From contig QHSB01000085.1 of the NCBI GenBank assembly GCA_003220335.1, forward strand, positions 1 through 54,803: DNA of 54,803 nt, written 5' to 3'. Position 1 is the stretch's first letter. Every line of letters starts with the position of its first letter. This document shows positions 46,070 to 54,560 of this stretch, in pieces. Position numbers and translations under genes: made by a program. The DNA is from Candidatus Rokuibacteriota bacterium. Lineage in GTDB: Bacteria > Methylomirabilota > Methylomirabilia > Rokubacteriales > CSP1-6. The notes under the pieces are model-generated. The model saw only the letters and a list, made by a program, of their open reading frames with translations, was not told where the DNA came from and ran no database searches.

Positions 46070-47200
46070 TCACCGCCGCCGCCTCGGCGCAAGCGCCTCG
46101 TCGTAGACGGCCAGGGTCCGCGCGACGTAACGCTCGATCGTGAATTCCGCGGCCACACGGGCGACGCCGGCGGCGCCGAGACGCGCCCGGCGTGGCGCGT
46201 CGGCCACGAGCGCGCCCACGGCGCGCGCGAGCGCCGCGGGGTCGCGCGGCGGCACGAGCACGCCCTCGAGGCCGTCCCGCACGATCTCGGGCGTGCCGCC
46301 GCTGCTGGTGGCCACGACCGCGGTGCCCGAGGCCATCGCCTCGAACAACACGCGGCCGCAGGGCTCGGCATCGGAAGCGAGGACGAGGACGTCGAGGCCC
46401 CGCATGACCTCGGGGACATCGCGGCGGTAGCCGACGAAGCGGATGCGGTCCTCCAGGCCGGCGTCCTTGACGGCGCGCCGGAGGGCGTCGGCGCGCCAGG
46501 CGTCCTCGTCGAAAAGGGGGTCACCGACGATCGCGAAATGGGCGTTGGTCCCGCCGCGCAGCAGGCGCACGGCGGCGTCCACGAAATGCTCGTGCCCCTT
46601 GCCCAGCCCGATGCGCCCGACGAGGCCGACGAGGGGCGACACGTCGGGCACGCCCAGCTCTTGCCGGAACGGTGCGCGCGGCACGCCCGGGTGGAACTCG
46701 TGGGTGTCCACCGCGTTGACGATCGTGACCGAGCGGTCCCAGCCGCGGCTGCCCGCGAAGCGCCGGCGAATCGCGTCGGCGTTGCAGATAATGCGTGTGG
46801 CGAGCGGCGCCAGCGCCCGATCCACGTCCCACATGTCGCCGGCGACGAGGTTGCGCGCGTGCCAGATCACGGGGACCCCCGTGAGCCGCCCGGCGAGCCC
46901 GGCCGGCACGTTGGTCTGGGGCCCGTTGGCGTGCAGGAGGTCCACGCGGTGCGCGCGCACGAGGCGCACGAGCCGCGCCACGGCGCCGAGCACCCCGTCC
47001 ACGCGGCGCAGCGGGGCGAATGCGAGCGGCAGCGTCGGCACGCCGTCGGCGGCAAGCGCCGCCGGGAACGCGCCGCGTACCGGGCCGGCGAAGAGCGGGG
47101 TCACGCGCGCGCGCGCGAGGTGGCGCAGCAGCAGGCGCAGGCTCCCCTCGGCGCCGCTCAGCGCGCCGACGTGGTGGAGATAGAGGACCCTAGCCGGCAC
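46070..47200 (-). CDS. GT4-family glycosyltransferase
   Basis: Trimmed to GTG 47200 (VPARVLYLHHVGALSGAEGS, 11-nt overlap with the upstream gene). ASDAEPCGRVLFEAMASGTAVVAT. Confidence 0.8.
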   Translation of the reverse strand: MPARVLYLHHVGALSGAEGSLRLLLRHLARARVTPLFAGPVRGAFPAALAADGVPTLPLAFAPLRRVDGVLGAVARLVRLVRAHRVDLLHANGPQTNVPAGLAGRLTGVPVIWHARNLVAGDMWDVDRALAPLATRIICNADAIRRRFAGSRGWDRSVTIVNAVDTHEFHPGVPRAPFRQELGVPDVSPLVGLVGRIGLGKGHEHFVDAAVRLLRGGTNAHFAIVGDPLFDEDAWRADALRRAVKDAGLEDRIRFVGYRRDVPEVMRGLDVLVLASDAEPCGRVLFEAMASGTAVVATSSGGTPEIVRDGLEGVLVPPRDPAALARAVGALVADAPRRARLGAAGVARVAAEFTIERYVARTLAVYDEALAPRRRR

Positions 47201-48368
47201 GGCGTGCCTCCGCCGCCCGCGCGAGCACACGCTCGTAGCCGTCGGCCACGCGGTCCCAGGCGTAGAGCGCGGCCGCGCGGCGACGCCCGGCCTCGCCCAG
47301 CTGCCGGCGTCGCGCCGGGTCGTGGGCCAGCGCAGCGATCGCGTCGCCGAGCGCCGCCGCATCGCCCGGCGGCACCAGCACGCCGGCGTCGCCGACGACC
47401 TCGGGCAGCGCGGTCGAGCGCACCGTGACGACGGCGCGGCCGTAGCTCATGGCCTGGGCGACGACGAGCCCGAACGTCTCGTACGTCGAATGGAACGCGA
47501 AGAGATCGCAGGCCTCGAAGTAGCCACCGAGCCCGGTGCGCGGAAGGTAACCCGCGAAGCGCACGTGCTTGTCGATGCCCAGCTCCGCGGCCAGCGCGCG
47601 CAGCGCCGGCGCCTCGGGCCCGGTGCCGCCGATCACCAGGGTGACGGCAACGCCGCCGTCGAGGCAGCGCCGCAGCGCGCGCAGCAGCGTGTCGACGCGC
47701 TTCTCAGGGGCCAGGCGCTGCAGCGCGAACACCAGACAGTCCCCCGGCGGCACCTCGAGCGCGGCCCGGACCGCGGCGCCGTCGCCGGGCGGCGGCGGGA
47801 TCTCGACACCGTTGGCGATCACCTCGCCCCGCCCGCGGCCGCGGCCGTAGATCGCGTCGCGGCAGTAGCCGGAGACGTAGGTGGCGTCGGTGGCCAGCGC
47901 GATGAGCGCGCGCTGCCACCAGCGCCAGAGCGCGGGCACACCGGGGCCGGGCACGTCGCGGCCGTTCATCGTGAGCACGGTCGGCACGCCGAGCCGGCGC
48001 TCGGCCACGACGCCGGCGAGTCCGGTGGGCATCGCGTAGTGCACGTTCAGCACGTCGGGACGCGCCGCGGCGACCGCGCGGCGCACGGCCGCCACCGCCG
48101 ACAGCGAGAAGGGCGGCAGGGCGCCGGCCGTCCAGCGATGACCGCGCACGCGCATCAGCGTCACACGGTCCTCGTAGTGCTCGACGGGGAACGTCACCAG
48201 CGCGTCGTACTCCGACGAGCCCTGCTCGCGGTGCAGCGACGCGGGCAGCACCGGCGTCAGCAGCCGGACGGCGTGGCGGAGGGCCAGGCGGCGGTAGACC
48301 TCCAGCACCACCAGCTCCGCGCCGCCGACGACGGGCAGGAACGTGGGCGTGAGGACGAGGATCTTCAC
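47190..48368 (-). CDS. GT4-family glycosyltransferase
   Basis: 392 aa. (V/M)KILVLTPTFLPVVGGAELVV and HSTYETFGLVVAQAMSYGRAVVTV. GTG start overlaps the upstream stop (GTGA). Confidence 0.85.
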   Translation of the reverse strand: MKILVLTPTFLPVVGGAELVVLEVYRRLALRHAVRLLTPVLPASLHREQGSSEYDALVTFPVEHYEDRVTLMRVRGHRWTAGALPPFSLSAVAAVRRAVAAARPDVLNVHYAMPTGLAGVVAERRLGVPTVLTMNGRDVPGPGVPALWRWWQRALIALATDATYVSGYCRDAIYGRGRGRGEVIANGVEIPPPPGDGAAVRAALEVPPGDCLVFALQRLAPEKRVDTLLRALRRCLDGGVAVTLVIGGTGPEAPALRALAAELGIDKHVRFAGYLPRTGLGGYFEACDLFAFHSTYETFGLVVAQAMSYGRAVVTVRSTALPEVVGDAGVLVPPGDAAALGDAIAALAHDPARRRQLGEAGRRRAAALYAWDRVADGYERVLARAAEARRAG

Positions 48369-49456
48369 ACGAGCACCCGGCGGTAGACCGCGCGCGTCTC
48401 TTCCGCGATGGCCGGCCAGGCGACGCGCGCGGCGAGCTTGCGCGCGCCCTCGGCGAGCCGCGTCCGCGCGGCCGGTGCGGCGAGCAACGCGGCCAGCCGC
48501 GCGGCCAGGGCCGCCGCGTCGCGCGGGGGCACGAGCGCGATGTTGTCGCCGTCGCGCAGATACGGCGACGGCACCGCGGCCGACGTGGTGACGACAGGCA
48601 GGCCGTGGGCGAGCCCCGCCATGAGGCTGCTGCGACGGAGCGACGCGCCGCCGTCGAACGGCGCCACGAACACGTCGGCGGCGCCGAGGATCCGCGAGAC
48701 ATCCGCGGCCGGCCGGCGGCCCGTCCAGGTCACGGCGCGCGCGACCCCGAGGCGGACGGCGAGCGCCTCGAGATCACCGCGATACGCGCGCTCGGACTCG
48801 CGGGTGTCCCCGACCACGACCAGGCGAGCGTCGGGCTGCGCGGACTTCAAGATGGCCAGGGCCTCGAGCAGCGTCTCCAGCCCCTTGCCCGGGTACACGA
48901 GGCCGAAGTGCGCGAGCAGCGGCGCGCGCGGTTGCACGCCGAGCGCCGCGCGCGTGACGCGCCGATCGCCGGCCGGCGTCGTCGCGATGTTGGAGCCGAT
49001 GGGGATCTCCGTCATCCGCCGCGCCAGCCACGGCAGCCGGCGCCGCACCATCCCGCTGACCTCCTCGTTGGCGGCGACGACGTGGCGGGCGCTCGTGAGC
49101 AGCCAGAGCGCCGCCGCCCCCGAGGCGAGCGTCGCGTCGACCAGGGTGTGGAACGTCACGACGGCCGGCGTGGCGAAGGTCGCGCGCAGCGCGCGGCGCC
49201 GACCGCGATAGAGGTCGGGCGTGTACTGGAGGTTCACGACGTCGGCGGCGACCACCCGCCACCATGGCGCCGGCTCGTCGAGGATCGGCAACACACTCAC
49301 GCCGCCGTCCGCGGGGCCGCGCCACGCCGCGGAGGCGACGACCGTCACCTGCTCGCCCTGGCGCGCCAGCTCCTCCGCGAGACAGCGCGTGTAGTCACCG
49401 ACTCCACACGTCACGTCCTGGGGCGGATACGACGGGCAGGCGATCAGGATGCGCAC
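48365..49456 (-). CDS. GT4-family glycosyltransferase
   Basis: Trimmed to GTG 49456 (VRILIACPSYPPQDVTCGVGDY, 13-nt overlap). C-terminal GT-B half ...VVVGDTRESE...LAHGLPVVTT. Confidence 0.8.
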   Translation of the reverse strand: MRILIACPSYPPQDVTCGVGDYTRCLAEELARQGEQVTVVASAAWRGPADGGVSVLPILDEPAPWWRVVAADVVNLQYTPDLYRGRRRALRATFATPAVVTFHTLVDATLASGAAALWLLTSARHVVAANEEVSGMVRRRLPWLARRMTEIPIGSNIATTPAGDRRVTRAALGVQPRAPLLAHFGLVYPGKGLETLLEALAILKSAQPDARLVVVGDTRESERAYRGDLEALAVRLGVARAVTWTGRRPAADVSRILGAADVFVAPFDGGASLRRSSLMAGLAHGLPVVTTSAAVPSPYLRDGDNIALVPPRDAAALAARLAALLAAPAARTRLAEGARKLAARVAWPAIAEETRAVYRRVLV

Positions 49457-50904
49457 GCCGCCACCTCCACCGCGCGCGGCCGCCATACCCGCGCGATGAG
49501 CCGGCTGATGCCGAGCAGCATCAGCGCGTTGAGGAGGAAGAACAGCACCTGGTGCAGCGTGAGCGTCAGCCCCTCGGGCGTGGGCAGCCGCGCCAGCAGA
49601 TCGCGCGCGCTCACCTCCGGCCGGGCCACCACCGTGTGCAGCGTCTCGAGGCCCGTCCAGGCGGGCAGCGCTTCCTTGAACAGCACGCCCATCCCCGTCC
49701 CCGACACGAACGTCTTGAGCGCGTACGGCAGCGCGTTCGGCACCGGCGCGAAGCCCGCCTGGGCGCCGAGATAGCCGCAGACGAGCGACGGCACGACCAA
49801 CGCCAGCAGCGCGCGGCGGCCGAGCTGCTCGAGCACGGCGCCCGTGAACGCGGCCAGCAGCGGCAGCGCGGGGAACAGGTAGCGCGCCCCGAGGCCGTGC
49901 GACCACGACGCACGGTCGGCAAACTGTGACTGCCACGAGGCGCCGATGACGACGAGGGCGACCAGGAACGTCGCCGTCAGCGCCGCCTCCGCGCGCCGCG
50001 CGCCGCGTGCCGCCGCCACGAGCGCAGGCAAGGCGGCCAGCAGAAACGGCGCGTAGAGGAAGAGCCCGCCGCGCGGGCCGACGAGGAGGTCGGCGACGAT
50101 GGCCGGCTTGGGCATGACGAACCGCGTGTCGAGCCCGGTGATGGCGGAATAGGACGTGTGCCAGGGGGCACCGAAGAGCCACGTGTCATAGGTGCCGAGC
50201 ACGAGCGCCAGGGGCGCGCCGCCCAGCGCGAACGCCGCCGCCTCGCGCGGGCCGCCGCGGACGAGGACGATGAGCCCCAGCAGCAACGGCAGCGGCACGA
50301 CCGAGTGCGTGAGGAGCACCGCGGCGGCGGCCACCGTGCCCGCCGCCGCCCGGCGCCGCGCGCCGCCGCCGCCCAGCGCCAACCGCGCCGCCGTGGTGAT
50401 GGCAAGCGCGGTGAGGCTCTCCTTCGTGAGCATCGTGCCGAACTGAAACGCCTGCGTGCCGAGGGCGAACAGCAGCGCCGCCAGCACACGCCCGCGCCGC
50501 GACGCGCCGAGCCAGCCCGCGAGCCAGGCCACCTGCACCGCCGTCAGCGCCATGGCCGGCGCGCAGAGAAGAAGGATGACCACGGCGTTGACGGTCTCGA
50601 GCCCCGTCCAGCCCTCGACGCGCGCGCCACCCGCGAGGCGCCAGGCGGCGTAGGCCGGCGCGATCACCAACGACATGCCGAACGGCACGCCGGGCACGAT
50701 GCGGCCGTCGCGTGCCGTCGCGTTGTCCTTGCCCCCGTACAGCCGCCAGTGCACGAGCTCCCAGCGGCCCGTGTCCACCAGCGAGACGGCGCCGTCCACG
50801 AAGTTGTCGGTGTTGGAGAACTGCAGCCACGGGTTCCAGAACGCGACGTAGACGAGCAGCGCGGTGACGAAGATCCGCCCGGCGTCGGCGCGGATGGCGC
50901 TCAC
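49444..50904 (-). CDS. Large polytopic membrane protein, unclassified (possible GT-C-type transferase or polymerase)
   Basis: Trimmed to GTG 50904 (GTGA overlap). About 486 aa with many hydrophobic helices. The first predicted loop is acidic (FSNTDNFVDGAVSLVDTGRWE). I recognise no specific family. Confidence 0.5.
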   Translation of the reverse strand: MSAIRADAGRIFVTALLVYVAFWNPWLQFSNTDNFVDGAVSLVDTGRWELVHWRLYGGKDNATARDGRIVPGVPFGMSLVIAPAYAAWRLAGGARVEGWTGLETVNAVVILLLCAPAMALTAVQVAWLAGWLGASRRGRVLAALLFALGTQAFQFGTMLTKESLTALAITTAARLALGGGGARRRAAAGTVAAAAVLLTHSVVPLPLLLGLIVLVRGGPREAAAFALGGAPLALVLGTYDTWLFGAPWHTSYSAITGLDTRFVMPKPAIVADLLVGPRGGLFLYAPFLLAALPALVAAARGARRAEAALTATFLVALVVIGASWQSQFADRASWSHGLGARYLFPALPLLAAFTGAVLEQLGRRALLALVVPSLVCGYLGAQAGFAPVPNALPYALKTFVSGTGMGVLFKEALPAWTGLETLHTVVARPEVSARDLLARLPTPEGLTLTLHQVLFFLLNALMLLGISRLIARVWRPRAVEVAACAS

Positions 50905-52166
50905 GTCGCCTCCGCCGGCCGCCGCGGCAGCAGCGTCAGCGTCAGCGCGGTCAGGATCGCCAGACCGTAGGTCTTGATGCCGGCCAGCAACACGGGGACA
51001 CCTATGGCGAGGCCGGGATGCTGGTAGTAGTCGTCGATGGCGCCGATCAGCACGATGGCGAGCGCCAGCCACGCGGCGCGCACGATCGAGCCGTCGCGCA
51101 GCGTCGCGTCGACGAGGACGGCGAGCGGCAGCAGCGCGAAGACGAGGTGATTGATCGTGGTGTTCGGCGTGATGAGCAGCAGCACGAGCGCGATGAATGA
51201 GAGCTCCGGCACGAGGCGCGCCGGCGCGATCGGGCCCGGCGGTCGCAGGGCGACGATGGCCGCGGCCAGGGCCGCGACCGAGGCGACCACGCCGACCGTG
51301 CGCCAGGCACCGAGTGGCACCGACGGCGAGAGCCCGTGGCCCGTGGCGACGATCCAGCCGGTGAGCGAGAGGTTGCCGAGCTGGCCGGACACGCGGCCGT
51401 AGCCGTACTGCGGCGCCACCTGCGTGACGTACTCCACCGTCGCCGCCCAGCCGACCGCCGCGGTCGCCAGCGCCGTGCACGCCACGGCGGTGAGGCAGGC
51501 GGCGGCGAAGGCCCGCCACTTGCCCCGCCACGCGAGCCAGCCGATGAAGAGCGCGGGATGAAACCGCAGCGCCGTCGCCACACCGAGGGCGGCGCCGCCG
51601 AGCACGGCGCGGCCGGAGGCGAGCGACCAGACGAACAGCGCGAGCAGCGCCAGCACGAGCTGGTTGATCTGGCCGAGGCCGAGCGAGTTCTCGAGCGGTT
51701 CCCACGTGAGGAACAACGCGGCCGTCGTCAGGGTCGCCGCCGCGCCGAGGCGGGCCGCGCGCGTGATCCAGAGGAACGCGGCGACCAGCAACACGACGCT
51801 GAGGGCCAGCCACACCTCGACCGCGTGACGCCACGAGAGCGCCGTGAACGGCACGAAGGGCAGCACGGCCAATGGCGGGTAGGAGAAGGCGTGGATGTGC
51901 ACGAAGCCCTCGTGGGCGTGCAGCGTGCCGAGGCGGGCCGCCTCCGCCACGAGCGCGGCGCTCTCGTTGACGCCCTTGGCGTGGTCCATCCCCGGGTCAT
52001 AGAACGAGGTCCCGGCGCGATAGAGGTGCGCGCCCGTGTAGAGGATGGCGAAGTCGCGCGCATCACCGTGGCGCGCCGTCTGCAGCGTGCGCACGGCGAC
52101 GCGGCCGGCCAGCCCGGCGACGACGAGCGCGAGCGCCACGACGGCGACGGGCAGGCGGCCGTTCAT
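50901..52166 (-). CDS. GT87/DUF2029-like polytopic membrane glycosyltransferase
   Basis: 421 aa, about 10 or more TM helices. First-loop motif GDARDFAILYTGAHLYRAGTSFYDP is typical of the PimE/DUF2029 family. ATG overlaps the upstream stop (ATGA). Confidence 0.7.
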   Translation of the reverse strand: MNGRLPVAVVALALVVAGLAGRVAVRTLQTARHGDARDFAILYTGAHLYRAGTSFYDPGMDHAKGVNESAALVAEAARLGTLHAHEGFVHIHAFSYPPLAVLPFVPFTALSWRHAVEVWLALSVVLLVAAFLWITRAARLGAAATLTTAALFLTWEPLENSLGLGQINQLVLALLALFVWSLASGRAVLGGAALGVATALRFHPALFIGWLAWRGKWRAFAAACLTAVACTALATAAVGWAATVEYVTQVAPQYGYGRVSGQLGNLSLTGWIVATGHGLSPSVPLGAWRTVGVVASVAALAAAIVALRPPGPIAPARLVPELSFIALVLLLITPNTTINHLVFALLPLAVLVDATLRDGSIVRAAWLALAIVLIGAIDDYYQHPGLAIGVPVLLAGIKTYGLAILTALTLTLLPRRPAEAT

Positions 52167-53284
52167 TGGGCCCGCGCGCGCGCGTAGACCTCGAGCGTGC
52201 GCCGCGCCGTGACGTCGATCGACTGCGTCGCCGCATAGGCGCGCGCCGCCGCCGCGAGCCGCGCGCGCGCCGCCGCGTCGTCGAGGAGCGCGGCGAGCGT
52301 CTTCGCCAGGTCGTGCGGGTCGTCGGGCTGCACCAGCGCGATGCCGTGACCGCGCTCCTCCAGCTCGCGCAGCGGGGCGACCGCGGTGGCGACGACAGGC
52401 CGTCCCTGGGCGAGGGCCACGTGCAGCGAGTAGGAGACGCTGTCCTCGGTCGCGTAGGGCACGACCACGACGTCCATCGCCTCGAGCGCCACCGCCACTT
52501 CGGCCGGTGGCACGTAGCCGGTCACCACGAGACGATCGGCGAGGCCGGCGCGGGCGGCGTCGGCGCGCACCCCGGCGAGCACCGCCTCGTGCTCGGGCAG
52601 GCGCGGCCCGCCCGCCACCAGCAACGTCGGCGCGTCGCCGCGTCCCAGCGCCTCCAAGGCCTCGAGGACCAGCGCGAAGCGCTTGGAGCGCTCGACGAAG
52701 CCGAAGACGCCCACCACGGGTCGCCGGCCCAGCCCGTGGCGCGCGCGGAACGCGTTCACGGCCGCGGCCTCGACCGGCACGCGGCGCGGGACCGGCGGCG
52801 GGACGACGACGCAGCGGTCGGCCGCCACCCCGCGCGCGAGCAACCGGTCACGATGCAGGCCCGCGTGCACGATCACCGCCTCCGCGCGGCGGAACGTCTC
52901 GACATCGTGCCAGGCGGGGGCGCCGACGGCGTTGGCGAGGGCGCTGCCCAGGCCGCCCGCGTAGCGCGCAGGGCCGTCCGGACGCACGGTGTGCGCGGTC
53001 ACGACCAGCGGCGCACGGATCGCGGCCCTCAACACTCGCCACGCCAGCGTGTAGGTCAGCGCGTCCACCCCGAAGAACGAGTAGGTGTGCTGCACGTGGG
53101 CGACGTCGGCTCTGCCCAGGCGGCGCGCATCGGCGGCCAGCGCGAGCGGATTCAGACGGTTCGGCCGGAGGACGACGGTCTCGAGCTCGATGTGGTGGCG
53201 CAGCGCGACGCTCAGCGCGGCGCTGTAATCGGCGATGCCGCAGCGCTCGCGCACCGTCGTGTACATCGCGACGCGGAGGCTCAT
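52163..53284 (-). CDS. GT4-family glycosyltransferase
   Basis: 373 aa. MSLRVAMYTTVRERCGIADYS and VPYATEDSVSYSLHVALAQGRPVVAT. Confidence 0.8.
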   Translation of the reverse strand: MSLRVAMYTTVRERCGIADYSAALSVALRHHIELETVVLRPNRLNPLALAADARRLGRADVAHVQHTYSFFGVDALTYTLAWRVLRAAIRAPLVVTAHTVRPDGPARYAGGLGSALANAVGAPAWHDVETFRRAEAVIVHAGLHRDRLLARGVAADRCVVVPPPVPRRVPVEAAAVNAFRARHGLGRRPVVGVFGFVERSKRFALVLEALEALGRGDAPTLLVAGGPRLPEHEAVLAGVRADAARAGLADRLVVTGYVPPAEVAVALEAMDVVVVPYATEDSVSYSLHVALAQGRPVVATAVAPLRELEERGHGIALVQPDDPHDLAKTLAALLDDAAARARLAAAARAYAATQSIDVTARRTLEVYARARAQ

Positions 53285-53294
53285 CGATTGTCGT

Positions 53295-53416
53295 GGGGGG
53301 CCCCGACATGGCCCCCAACGCCCCCCAACGGATTCATCGCAGGCTCGCCTCGGCCGTCGAACGGCCTGCGGCTTCGCACTCCCACGCGCCCCGGCAGAGC
53401 CGTGGCGCGCCTCGGG
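53295..53416 (+). repeat. Bipartite GC-palindromic element, copy D (longer linker)
   Basis: Core ggggggccccgacatggccccc (53295-53316). Hairpin module cgcgccccggcagagccgtggcgcgcctcggg (53385-53416). Compare copy C cgcgccccggcggagccggggcgcgcctcgggg. The roughly 68-nt linker contains another small hairpin ggccgtcgaacggcc. Confidence 0.75.
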
Positions 53417-53432
53417 CTTGACACGCGATGGC

Positions 53433-54560
53433 TCATCGAATCAGCCCCTTGCGCTCGAGCTCGTCGCGGGCCTGCGCGACGTGGTCGTCGGCCCGCTGCT
53501 GCCGCGCCCACGTCACGAGGTCCTCGACGCCCTTGGCGAGCCCCATGCGCGCGCTGAAGCCGAGCGCGCGGCGGATGCGCGAGACGTCGGCCACGCAGTG
53601 GCGGATGTCGCCTTCGCGGAACCGGCCGACGATCTCCGGCGCCAGCGCCACGCCCATCGACCGCGCGATCGCCTCCGCGAGCGCGGCCACCGAGGTCGAG
53701 CGCCCGGTGCCCACGTTGAGCGCCACGTCGACGACGTCCGGGCGCTCCAGCGCCAGGCAGAAGGCCTCGACGATGTCGCTCACGTGGACGAAGTCGCGGC
53801 TCTGGCGGCCGTCCTCGAACACGAGCGGCCGCTGGCCGTTGAGCAGGCGCGACGAGAAGATCGCGCCGACGCCGGTGTACGGGTTGGAGAGCGCCTGGCG
53901 GGGGCCGTACACGTTGAAGAGCCGGAGGGCGACGGTGCCGATGCCGTACGCGCGGCCGACGCAGAGGCAGAGATCCTCCTGGTCGCGCTTGGTCACCGCG
54001 TACACCGACGTCGGCGCGATCGGCTTGTCCTCGTCGCACGGCGCCGGCGTGGTGGTGGTCCCGCACGCCGGGCAGAGCAGCTCCCAGTCGCGCGCCTGCA
54101 GCTGCGCGAGCGGGCGCGGCGCCGGCGCCACGGGGCCGCACGACGGGCAGCGGTACCGGCCCTCGCCGTAGATCGACATCGACGACGCGACGACGAGGCG
54201 CCGAACGTGATGGCCACCGTTGGCGAGGCGGTCGAGCAGGACCGCGGTGCCGCGCACGTTGTCGTCGACGTAGGGCACGATCGCGTACATGGACTGCCCC
54301 ACCCCGACCTGCGCCGCGAGGTGGACGACGGAGCCCACGCCCGCCAGCGCGCGGTCGACGGCCGCGGCGTCGCAGACGGAAGCGTGCACCAGCTCCACGC
54401 CGGCCGGCAGGTGGCGCGCGCGGGTGGCGCCGACGCCGTGCACCTGGGGCTCGAGCGAGTCGAGCACGCGCACGCCGGCGCCGCGCGCGAGGAGCGCCTC
54501 CACGAGGTGGGAGCCGATGAAGCCCGCGCCGCCGGTGACGAGAACGGGGGAGGCGATCAT
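53433..54560 (-). CDS. NAD-dependent sugar epimerase/dehydratase (extended SDR) with Cys4 insertion
   Basis: Trimmed to ATG 54560 (MIASPVLVTGGAGFIGSHLV, ATGA overlap). Catalytic YAVTK, and the insertion YRCPSCG...LLCPACG between the SS-x-YG strand and YxxxK. Confidence 0.85.
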   Translation of the reverse strand: MIASPVLVTGGAGFIGSHLVEALLARGAGVRVLDSLEPQVHGVGATRARHLPAGVELVHASVCDAAAVDRALAGVGSVVHLAAQVGVGQSMYAIVPYVDDNVRGTAVLLDRLANGGHHVRRLVVASSMSIYGEGRYRCPSCGPVAPAPRPLAQLQARDWELLCPACGTTTTPAPCDEDKPIAPTSVYAVTKRDQEDLCLCVGRAYGIGTVALRLFNVYGPRQALSNPYTGVGAIFSSRLLNGQRPLVFEDGRQSRDFVHVSDIVEAFCLALERPDVVDVALNVGTGRSTSVAALAEAIARSMGVALAPEIVGRFREGDIRHCVADVSRIRRALGFSARMGLAKGVEDLVTWARQQRADDHVAQARDELERKGLIR

